A DNA stretch of 64,000 bases from Chlorokybus atmophyticus. Lineage: Eukaryota; Plantae; Mesostigma and Chlorokybus algae. The position numbers and the translations under genes are program-made. Of this stretch, positions 1 through 10,706 are shown piece by piece. Numbering within the stretch: position 1 is the stretch's first letter; each line of letters opens with the position of its first letter. Where the stretch lies: NCBI GenBank assembly GCA_009103225.1, contig RHPI01002973.1:26096-90095 (forward strand), given 5' to 3'. A model generated the notes under the pieces. The model had not been told where the DNA came from. It worked only from the letters and a program-made list of their open reading frames with translations, and searched no databases.

Positions 1-230
1 GGAGGGACATGAGGGCCAACCAGCAGGTGGTCATGCTTGCGCCTTTAATGGCTCTTCCTCTCACAAACGCTTAGTACCGGGCCACTTGGCTAAAAGAGAG
101 GTAAGCAACCATGGTGCTGTTGGTCGACTGTCGGTCCTGTTGTACTGTTTTGCTGAGCTGCTGCCTCCATGCATACTGGCTTAACACATGGTGCCTGCTA
201 CTCTGAATGCTACTCTGCGTGTCACGACAG

Positions 231-1385
231 GGGTGCGGGCGGATATGCTGAAGATCAGGTGCTCGACATTTGCAACAACGCAGTAGTTGTTGGCGTCGCC
301 ACCATCGATTTCGTATGCGAGCCAGACCAACCAATGCGCACGTATCTAGTCTCTGTTAACCACTGGATGGCAATGAAAAGTGAGGATGGCAACCTTGCCG
401 TTCAACTACCTGTGAAAGAAAGGCATTTTCTCTATGGCACGCCGACAAGCAGCTGCCATGGTGGGCGTACTCTGGAGGTACATTGCTTGCTGTGGATATG
501 CACATGCTCCTGCTGTGACTGTATGGTGTAGTGTATGAGCATTTCTTGTGTTAAACACAACAACATGCAGGGCAGGGAGATGGAGTGGCCCATGATGTTC
601 TTGGCCAGCGGAGGCATCTGCCCCTGTGAGGCATGCGCTAACGATGAGCGCATTGCGGTGCCGGGTTGCATCAAGGACCGGCTGCCTACGCCCGCAGCCA
701 GGCACAGCACAGACACAGAGGTTAATAAGGGCTGTTGTTAGGCTGCTGTCACATGATGAACAGTCGCCAATGCAGCCATTGATCACGCCTTAACAGTCGC
801 AAAGTGCATTACATGTTGCAGTTCTTGACAGTCATTAACGCACTGCAGACTGTGGTATTGACAGTCGCCAATGGACTGCACTGACCACTCTGGGTCCTAG
901 GCAGGTTGCTGGGGCGATCTCTGACTGTGAAGATGAAGAAGCCGCCGCCATGGACTTGCGAACTGCAGCGGGGATCGTATGCAACACCAAGCCCAACGCC
1001 CCCACCAGAGAGGAGGCAATGGACATGTATGAGTACTACCACCATATCGAGCACACGCTGTTCCACAATGGTCACCAGCTGGCATTTAAGGACCCCGACC
1101 GAATGGAGCGTGTACCAGACGAGCTGATCTTGAGAGCCATTGTCAGCGTTGCTGCCAAGAAAAAGTGGGTGTCCAACAAAGATGTTGAAGGAGGGTGCGA
1201 GTGGGGATCCAATCGCAAACTACCAGGTATGCATACTCCACTGCAGCAAGTTAACGACAGTCCTTTGCTGGTTTTCAAGAGTGATGAATTGGTACAATGC
1301 AGGGCTTTTGAGCGAGGCAAAGAAGAGAAAGCCATTCCGACCCAAGAGGCAGTGGACGCGACAAGCCTCGTCATCCTCCTAGGTG
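231..1385 (+). CDS. Exons of a transposon accessory gene (Tnp1/En-Spm-like beta-barrel domain, then an unknown domain)
   Basis: GT-AG bounded exons at about 231-477, 571-710 and 905-1382. The peptide VVVGVATIDFV...YLVSV...LPVK...EMEWPMMFL resembles the VAxGxI...VxV...LPxP...WP pattern of the En/Spm Tnp1 domain. Confidence 0.35.
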
Positions 1386-2639
1386 GGTGGTTTCCTGTGC
1401 TATGGTCAAGTTACTGTTTGTGTAAGCACGTGACAGTACAGTAGTTGTGCAGAGCTCAGCAAGCACTCGCTGAGTGTTTGCAAGAGATGCTGTTGAGCAA
1501 GGCTGTCGCGGGTGTCTTCACATTGGGGCTGAATCAACCAGGGAGAGCACAAGTCTGGCTTCCAGGCGAAGGTGCTGGCAACACAAGAGACTGATGTTGT
1601 TAGCTGCTCCTGTTACCTCCTGTAACCGCAGCTTGAAGTGCATGTAGGAGACTGTAGCTACAGTCTCACTGGCTTGACACTGATGGGCTGTCGTTTGACA
1701 GTCCATGACAGCATTTCTATGAATTGCATGCGTGTTAGATTGTATGCACCGGGCACGGTGCAGGCACTAGTGCTAAGACCATGCATGGATTCAATGGACC
1801 GCCAGAGTCCACATAGCCGTTCCACGGTTTTGTCAAGACCTCACCTAGTCACACTAATCGCCGCCCGACTGCGAGGAGCGCCTGCGTTAGAGCCTCATTC
1901 ATGGTGCGCATGGGTACAGGGGGTTCCATTGTTGCAGCACAACTACCAGCATGCATTGGATGTTTGGGTTAGGGTTACTTATAGTTTGGGGTAAGCCACA
2001 CAGACACCGTCCTCGAACATGGACAACTTCATCGAAAATAGAGAATGTAATTTCGCTTGGTTTGTATGGACCAATAAACATAGAGTTCATTTGGCAATCA
2101 AAGTTTCGAAAAAAGGCAATTTCCACGACAATTGCTCGTGCGGCCTATTGCGGTCGGAGCAAGCGGAGACGCGATTGGTGTCCAACCAGCACAATTGCTG
2201 ATGTGGATTTTCCGAACGATCACTGCATTCCATTGATTGCAGGGATTTCCGCACCGGGAATTGCACTGATTGTCCCACAGCACCGGCGTACTTGCTGGTT
2301 GTGTTGGCGGCGGCGGCGCTGTGGCGAGGTGAGCGAGCGTTGTCAGCTGTGCAATATATAGGATGCAGCAATTGTGGCATGTATCACAATGTGAGGCATG
2401 CATTGCACACCACACACAACAGCACACAACACTTACATTCACCACCGGGTGCTCTTCCTACTTACTACCTACCTAACTTCACTACTAGCCCAAACCCCGT
2501 TAGACAAGCATGCATGCACGCGCATCACCTGCCTTCATGGATCCTTTCTTGTCGCACTGCTCTTTTAGTGGTTGCATGCTGGGTCACTTTGTTGCAATTA
2601 GCAAATACAGCATGGTGTTGTGCCTTTAGCATTCTGGAC

Positions 2640-2935
2640 TGCCATTTGCCTGCGAGCTTGCTGCTAGGCTTACCTTTGTCGTGTTCAGCTGGCAAGAAGC
2701 TGAAGCGGCTTCTACTCTACAAGATACTGGGTGTTTGGCTTGCTGGGTGCCTGTTTGACAAGTTCACAAGCACATGTTTGTGCATGCACATGCCATTTGC
2801 CTGCTAGCTTGCTGTTAGGCTTACCTTTCTCGTGTTCAGCTGGCAAGAAGCTGAAGAAGCTTCTACTCTACAAGGTACTGGGTGTTTGGTTTGCTGGGTG
2901 CCTGTTTGACAAGTTCACAAGCACGCCTTTGTGCA
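2640..2935. repeat. Tandem duplication of a ~151 bp unit containing a minus-strand exon
   Basis: Near-identical units start at 2640 and 2791, each with a minus-strand GTAAG donor. Confidence 0.85.
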
Positions 2936-3101
2936 AGCAGCTTAGAGACACTTCTTTTGCAAGGTACATGGTTTGCTTGCTGTGACAAGTCAACAAGCAA
3001 GTCCACATGGCTTACAACCTGCAGTCACTTGAGTCAACCAAGACTTGAGGTTGATTAGGGTTGCGGTTGCAACTGACTTGTAAAGCAAGCTTGATCTATA
3101 G

Positions 3102-5533
3102 AATGCTGGTGGTCCTTCTAATGAGCAGCTGCAGCATGAGTGGGAAACCAGTGAGGCGACTGTTCACCTGCGTGATCTTGAGACCACAGCAATGGTCTCC
3201 TTAAAAGTGAGCTTATGCATCAAGCATCCGCAATCAATGTCAGACCTTGCTGCCGAAGTCTGTTTCGTCCCATGTTGTACTAGTGCACCAATGTAAACTA
3301 TGCAGGCACTGAAGGTCCTACATTGGCGTGGGAAGCATCATGCCCGTGATCGTCGCAAGGTCACCAAGCTGGCCGACAAAGGCCGGATTTGCTACGAGTA
3401 CTGTCGCATGATGCCGGGGAAGACTCAAACGAAGCAGGACCCATTCAAGATCGCTCTTGCAACCAAATGCTGGCATCTGCTGAATCCAGAGCTCTCCTAT
3501 CAAATGGTTGGCAATTTCCCACAGTTATATGAGGCGTCATGCAATATGGCAGCATTGTCTGAGCTGGCTGGAGTTTGCTTTGCATGTGTTGGCCTTCACA
3601 ACTTCTTCATTGGTGGGTAGGCGCGTTTGAAGATTCAACAGTATTTGGGCAACAAAAAGGGATACAGCAACCCCAAGCACAAAGAGAAGCAGAAAGAAAA
3701 GAGTCGGAAGCGTTACAAGGAGATGATGGAGAAGGCTTTCGCGGGGGGCTTTGTGCCAAGGCGCAGGGGAGGGCCTAGCGACAAGAACAACAAGGTGTGT
3801 GTCATGTAGTGACTAAGGTGTTTATGCGATGTGCATGTCTTGAGTGCCTTTGCCATGTGCTTGATAGAAAGCCAACAAGAAGAAGCCCAAGAAGTCAAAG
3901 GAAGTGCAATCCGCCAGCGACGACGAGGATGCCACCTCAGAGGGTGACCTACAGTTTGCACAAAGTTGGCTTTGTCAATGTCGTGTTGAGAACGATGCTT
4001 TGTGTTTGATGGTGCCTTATATATGCAGGTTGTGTGGTGTGTATGATGACCCCTTGTAATTGCACGGCGCCCACGCGTTCACATCCCGCCAGCGACGCCA
4101 TCGACAACAGAAATAGCACCTCGCAGCGTGAGCCGCGTCTTGCGCGCGCAGGCAGCTGCTGGAGTACTGTGTGTATATGCAGCCTTTGGTGATCGGTGCC
4201 TTGTATATGCGATAGGTAACAAGGAAGGCACTGCACTACAACCCTCAAGTTCTCCTGCGACTGGTTCACAGGTCAAATGCCGCTCCTGCTTGTACTTTGC
4301 TAAACATGTGTTCATGATCGTTTATGACTGTTGTGTTCAGGCACGTGCCAAGCAGGGTGCTGATGTGCGTGACAGCAGCTCAGGGAAGCGCAAAGTGTCT
4401 GGTGAGGTACGCAGCAGTGGACTTGATAGAGCGGCAATGCACTGAGTTGTGGCTCACCATCTGACTTCATGCCGTTGGCAGGAGGATGAGGTGTCAAGCC
4501 CCCCCAAAGAAGAAGAAAACAACCAAAACTGTTTGCTCGATACCGGCTTCCTACAAGTCTCACGAGGCAGGCCACTCGACTGGCAAGCAGGAGACGGTGT
4601 TGGAGAAGAAGAGCGGCAAGCGAAAGGAGGTATGAAAGCACCATGTACTTGATCTTATGGGCTTCTTGCGTTCTTCTGGCTGCACACAAACTGTCACCTG
4701 CGGCAGGCACGCATTCGTTGCGTGACGGTTGTAAGCTTGTTAACACGTCGTGTCACCTTGTCGCGCAGGATGAGCCAACGTATTCAAAAATGCTTGAGAC
4801 AGATAGAAGCGAGAACAGCGGTGAAGACGGCGCCAAGGACAGCGCCCCGGACAGCGAGGGGGACAGCCCCAACAACAGCGACAACGACTCGCAGAAGGCA
4901 GGTCGCTTCGCAAGCACTGTATAAGAGAGATCACATTTGTGTATGTGTGTACCTTTTGATGTATTTGTCACTTGCACGCGCAGGAAGAGCTGAGCGACAA
5001 GGACGACACCGCACCAACGATGAAGGTTGGCAGTGAAGTTCAACTGTTCATTAACGGGCGCAAAGAACCAGTAGGGGAGGCGCACGTAAGCGACATCAAT
5101 CCTGTCAACAAGTTTCATGGCAAGAAGATTGGAGAGGGCAACATGGTGGTCCAGTTCAGCCGCAGTCTTCCCATCACTAGGACCAGACGTCCCGGACCAG
5201 GGGAAGAAGAGGTTGTGCCTCTGCCAATCAGCTTCAAGCGTGATGGGGTTGGAGTGCAAGTGACCCACTTGAAAGGTGAACGCGTTTGTGTGCATGCGAT
5301 TGCATGAACAGTTTCAACATTATGCAAGTCAGCTGAGTTCATGTGTGGTTGATGTATGCGCAGAGTGCGAGCCGGGTTTGTTGCTACTTTGGCCTGTTGG
5401 GTTGCTGAAGAGTATCAAGGTGAGGGAGCCAGCAAAGGAAGGCACAACCACATAGCGCGGGAGGGGCCGTGGGAAGGGCAGCCGGGGTGGGCGGGGTGGG
5501 CGCGGTGGGCGTGGTCGAGGCAGCAAGAAGTAG
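3102..5533 (+). pseudogene. Multi-exon TnpA/Tnp1-like accessory gene with K-rich and acidic linkers and a C-terminal RGG tail
   Basis: Exons 4984-5277 and 5364-5533 splice in frame to VGSEVQLF...PVGEAHVSDINP...GKKIG...VVQF...LPISF...LLLWPVGLL (Tnp1-like). An in-frame TAG at 5453 precedes RGRGRGKGSRGGRGGRGGRGRG. Confidence 0.5.
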
Positions 5534-5699
5534 GTAGCAGAGATACATTGTAGACATCAGTGAATTTTTTGTTCGAGTCAGCTGCCATTCACCTGACATT
5601 GCTGTCCAAATTCACCGGCTGGACTGATTGCTATGTGCTATGTCACAGCTATGCTATGTTACAGCTGTTGACGATAGCAAGATGCAGTGGTTATTCAAC

Positions 5700-6135
5700 C
5701 AAACTGTGAGTGAATAACCACTTATATGTAGGACTATGTGTGTGAGCAGAAGTGCTGTATTATTTAATTATTCGCGTGAAAATCAACCAAAGGCAGCAGT
5801 GATTGTTCAACCATACTATGGGTGAATAACCACTCAAATATAGGACTATGTGTGAGAGCAGATATGCTGTATTATTCAATCACAAATCGTATGAATAATC
5901 ACTCGCTAGTATGGTACATGTGCTGTTGAAACAGCTTTAGTGTGTGTGAACATTAAGCCAATATGCGTGTGAATAATTACCTATAAAGAGGACCTAGTGT
6001 GAGAGCAGGCGCTGTACATAATCACGCACACAAAGTATGAATAATCACTTGGTGCCATGGTACAAGTCTAGGACCATGTATACCTAAGAAGACTGAATAC
6101 GCAGTTCTGTTGCGAGTGAATAACTACTCACATGT
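5700..6135. repeat. Degenerate subterminal tandem repeats (core GTGAATAAYCACT...AGGAC.A.GTGTGAGAGCAG)
   Basis: About 3-4 imperfect copies of a 110-150 bp unit in an AT-rich stretch. Confidence 0.75.
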
Positions 6136-6349
6136 AGAAGGTTGTGTGCGAGATGGACAACTACAATTATTCATGATTAAAACGTGTGAATATCCATTGC
6201 TTGTATAAGGGCATTTGGCCTGAATAATCAGCAATCGTAACAGCGACCTCTGCAGCCACGCAAGTGGCGAGTTCACACATAAAACAGATGAGTATTCAGG
6301 GCAAATGCGCTGAATTTTCAGAAATTCGGGGGGTCCAGAATTACCGATG

Positions 6350-8506
6350 AGCAGGCCTTTGAGGAGCTGAAGAGCAGGCTCACCACCGCTCCCATCCTTC
6401 AACGTTCGAACTACGCCAAGCCTTTCATCCTTCACACCGACTGAAGCAAGCTGGGGATGGGAGCGGTGCTGGTGCAGCATGATGAGAACAAGAAGGAGCG
6501 GGTGGTGTCATACGCCAGCCGAAGCAACAATAGCGCCAAGGCCAACTACAGCAGCTACGAGCGGGAGTGCCTCGCTGCAGTGTGGGCCATCTCCTTTTTC
6601 CGACCCTTCCTCTTTGGTCGGCAGTTCCAGCTGATCACCGATCATCAGCCCCTCAAGTGGCTGATGACCAACCAACATCTGACAGGGAAACTTGCTCGAT
6701 GGGCCCTGCTGTTGCAGGAGTTCGACTTCGAGATCGACAACCGCGCTGGCCTCACCAACCAAGACGCCGATGGCCTCAGTCGCAACCCTCACCTCAGCAC
6801 CAGCGATGCAACCGAAGCCCGGCATGAGCTCGTCCCGGCAGCAACAACCCCCACCATGGCAGCCATGTTTGCGGCTGCTGCGTTGCGCTCAGGGCGCAAG
6901 ACCAACACCACTGCCTCAGCAGTGGCAGAGGAGATTCCTGCCCTTGAGCCTAACAGCCCTGCGGCAACCACACCCTTGGGAGACGCCCATGCAGTCGACA
7001 TTGAAGTCGATGACACAGAGTTGGCGCCCACTGACACCAGGCAGGACATATGGCTGGACAAGCCATCACTCTCCTTTCTTCAAAGTGGCCAGCTTCCCTC
7101 CGGCATGAGTGCCCGAGAGAAGGATCGTGTCAACCAACGCACCCGTCACTATCGATGGGCAGATAACAAGCTATATCGCCGCTTCCATGACAAAGACAAG
7201 GAAGTGCCGACACCAGTCACGCGCGAGGGCATCATCACTTCCCTCCACACTAGGCTTGGACACTTTGGTGTCAAGCGTACAGTCAGCCTAGTGAGGGCAC
7301 AATATTGGTGGTATGGGTTAACAAAACAGGTGCAGGGGTTCGTCAGCCACTGCCAGCACTGTGACATGGTGCGCGCCAGCCTCAACACGCGTAGCGCCAC
7401 CTTACACCCACTCCCCATCTCCGATCTCTTTTACCGATGGGGGCTCGACATCTTGAGAGACTTGGCACCCTCAGCGCGTGGCAACCGTTACATCCCAGTC
7501 ATGATCGAGCACTTCTCCAAATGGGTGGAGCTGGTACCATTATCCGACAAGAGCAGCAGGGGGGTGTTTCAAGCCTTCCTCTCTCACGTTCTCAGCCGAT
7601 TTGGCAGCTGCGCCGAGGTCATCACTGACCAAATTACTGAGTTCAGAGGGGAGTTCGACACCCTCTTGGAGAGATGTTACATCGACCACCGTCGTGCCTC
7701 GCGTGATCACCCTCAAGCCGACGGTCTCGCAGAGCGTACAGTGCAGACCATCAAGAAGGCACTCCGCAAGTACGTGCTGGAGTACGAGAAGAACACTTGG
7801 GATGACCACCTCCCGTGGGTGGCCCTCAGATATCGATTGTCAAAGCAGGCGGCTTTGCGTGAGTACAGCCCGTACTACCTGCTGTTCGGGCGACCACCAT
7901 TGCTCCCCTTCCGTGCGCAGCAGGAGGTGGATCGCGTTGTGAACAACCTCGACGACCCTGACTGGATGCACCACGACATCACCACGCGCCGCGCTTTTCG
8001 AGCGCACCGTTCCCATGGCCTTCAACAACCTGCGCATCGCGCAGCATCGCGACACGCTGCGCTACGAGCGCGTACGCAGCGGCTTCTACAAGGAGCGCCA
8101 ACGGCGATTCCAAGCGGGGGACTTTGCCTATCACATGGCAGCCACCAAAGACACGCTCGACACCTCCGTAGGCCGCACCGTCTACAAGGTACTCAAAGTG
8201 TACCCCACAGGGGTGCTGGACCTCCTTGGTCAAAACGGAGAGAGGTTGAAGGACAACATGGTGAACTGCGCGCCACGTCACCTTCCTTACGTAGCCGGCT
8301 TTGGGCGTATCCAGCACCCGCGTCCCGCGCGCAGCACACGCTGTGAACGCTGCGGCAGCGTCGACGACGACGCACTCATGATGCTCTGCAATGGCTGCAA
8401 CAAGGGCTTGCATTGCTACTGCCTGGAGCCACCTTTGGACGTGATACCCATGGAGGAGTATTGGTGCGACGATTGCCGTACCAACGGCCCTCCTCACTTA
8501 CGTTAG
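6350..8506 (+). pseudogene. pol: Ty3/gypsy pol (RNase H, integrase, C-terminal PHD finger), 5'-truncated
   Basis: AFEELKSRLTTAPIL...FILHTD, RNase H YSSYERECLAAVWA, integrase HHCC (HTRLGH...CQHC) and DDE core, then CERC...LCNGC...HCYC...WCDDC. There is a stop at 6442 and a frameshift near 7985. Confidence 0.93.
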
Positions 8507-8556
8507 CAGCTGAGCTCTGGAGCTGGAACCTCCCCCCGAGCTCAGGGGGGGTGGCT

Positions 8557-9363
8557 TGTTGACTGTGTGTCCTACAGCACCGCATGTACACTAGGGAGAA
8601 CACCGACTCCACCTGCCCGTACTACCCGGCAGCAGCAGACCAGCTGCACAAAGCACTTGTTACCATGAGGGTTGGGTTATCCTGCTTTGCTGAGCGTTAC
8701 AAATGTGGCGCAGTAGCATGTCTAGCAAGCATGTGTGTCCCTGCAGTTGTCCGAGACAGCGTGATCCTCGACTCCCCTCGACCCGACAGCTGTCATGCCT
8801 ATCGCCCGGGCATGCCAGTCTTCATCGGGCATGCCTACAGCGAGACCCTCGCCCGGCTTACCAGCATGGCGACCCGTGCGCGTCACTGACCAGTAGCTAA
8901 GTCATGTCTCTAGAGTAGCTCATGACCATAGCCTACATAGGTACCGCGCGTAGCTGTTCAGTTGTGAGTTCAGTTATAAGTTGGGTTCTATCGAGTGGGG
9001 ATTTCTTTGAAAATAGCCTCGATATAATCGCTAGCATATGTTCTAAACAGTCATGATTTGACTTATATAAGTAGGCACAGTGTTCACCGGATCAGGTGGT
9101 GACACTGTGAGTGAGAAAGCTAAGAGCTTGTGAAGCGACTTGAACTACGAAACACGCCGTCCCGGCTCCCAAGAATCCCCTCACCGTGTGAGAGCCTGTG
9201 CATGCTCTTGTACACTATGCTTGTCCTTGTTATGAGCTTGGTGTACTTGGTCGCGGTGTGCTTGTTGGCATTAGTCAGGGCATAGCATCCACGTGTTGCT
9301 TGCTCATTCACCTCACTTAACAATGCAATCTCTCATCCACTCATGCAAAGAACTGTGTAAACA
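8557..9363 (+). repeat. Gypsy-1 3' LTR (TGTTG...AACA)
   Basis: Follows a G-rich PPT/hairpin at 8530-8556. Its first ~230 bp recur at 9385-9610. Confidence 0.7.
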
Positions 9364-9384
9364 GCGCTACCTATAGTAGTCGCT

Positions 9385-9610
9385 TGTTGACTGTGTGTCC
9401 TACAGCACCGCATGTACACTAGGGAGAACACCGACTCCACCTGCCCGTACTACCCGGCAGCAGCAGACCAGCTGCACAAAGCACTTGTTACCATGAGGGT
9501 TATCCTGCTTTGCTGCGCGTTACAAATGTGGCGCAGTAGCATGTCTAGCAAGCAAGTCTGTCCCTGCAGCTGTCCGAGACAGCGTGACCCTCGACTCCCC
9601 TCGACCCGAC
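9385..9610 (+). repeat. Second, truncated copy of the gypsy-1 LTR
   Basis: Near-identical to 8557-8800 and cut by a copia gag fragment. Confidence 0.85.
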
Positions 9611-10706
9611 AATTAGCATCGTTGTTCCTGATTTCAAATTCTATTTTTAGCAGCACAGGCAGATTCTCACTCAGTTTCAACCTTAATGATGCACTCCTTC
9701 CTTCCAGCATGATATCCACAACTTCATACTCTATATGCAGCCCGGACAGCACATTCAGACACAGATCATTTTTTGAGACAGTCTCTCCTATAGAGGTCAA
9801 ATCGTTCCCAAGCTGTTGTGCATGTCATATAAACCCTGTAACTGTCTCCGAATTCAGCTTCCTCATGCTGTTGAATGCTTGCTTGAGTTCAATCTTACGA
9901 CCAACAGAGCGTGTAGCAAACAGATTTTCCCAAGCCTCCCATGCCGCCTTGGCATTAGAGCATGACTGCAGCATTGGCCTATGGAACGGCTCAACATGCA
10001 TGCACATCAAAGCCAAAGCACGCATACTCTTCTTCTGCCAAGCAGACTCATTCCCAACTTGTACACTAAGCTTTGGGTCAACGTAGTCCCAGAACTCCTT
10101 GTAGATCAGCTTCATCTTCATCTTGAAGCTCCAGCTAGCATAGTTGTCATCCCGCAAGGGCTTATGGTATACTTCTCCTGCTCTGCATCCGTTGTTGTTG
10201 CCATTGGATCCACCAAGCTGCTCAACCTTCAGCGAACTTCCAGCAGACACCTCCGCTCGTTCGCAGGCTATCAGAACAGGTACAGCAACTCCCAAAGTAC
10301 CCACAACTTCCAACACATAGGACAATCACTCTCTCAAGTTACATACAGCTCTTATGGGTGTGGGCCCATAACCTGTTGACTGAAACTATTGCATGCAACC
10401 ATGCACAGCATACAACATACACACGCAATTGTAGAGCTTGTGTAGGCAACACCGCCAAAAAACTGACTCGAGAGTAAACTGTATTGAAAGGACGTGGGCT
10501 GTGTCGGCTCTAGGCCCTCAACTGGGGTCTTACCAGAAGACCAGCTTGGACTGTGCCAGTTCTAACTGCCTGCAGCCTATACACATCTGCAGTATAGAGT
10601 AGCTTATCTAATGTTATTAAATAAGCTACTCATAGTCCCAATAGACAAGCTGACTGCATACAAGTCATGAGTCATAAACCATGCATAACATGATCTATTC
10701 TCAACA
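9611..10706 (-). mobile_element. gag: Ty1/copia 5' fragment (family A): LTR 10374-10706, PBS 10361-10373, gag remnant
   Basis: LTR with TG...CA ends, PBS GGTTATGGGCCCA, and gag motifs DDNYASWSFKMKMKL and ARKIELKQAF. Confidence 0.88.

Larger units (their letters stand above)
1..6330 (+). mobile_element. Right-hand part of a probable En/Spm (CACTA)-like DNA transposon: accessory genes plus subterminal repeats
   Basis: Spliced ORFs with Tnp1/TnpA-like motifs, degenerate subterminal tandem repeats at 5700-6135, GACAGTC motifs shared with the CACTA at 21.7-34.5 kb, and an abrupt junction with gypsy pol at about 6330-6350. No transposase is visible in this part. Confidence 0.45.

Noticed and set aside
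8930-9380. Tf1-like self-priming (ATAGGTACCGC in the LTR is 10/11 complementary to the spacer GCGCTACCTAT)
   Set aside because: The homologous position in gypsy-2 does not match its own spacer, so this may be chance.
10361-10373. tRNA-iMet-like sequence TGGGCCCATAACC (several places)
   Set aside because: Only the 13-nt anticodon-arm match next to LTRs; these are primer binding sites, not tRNA genes.
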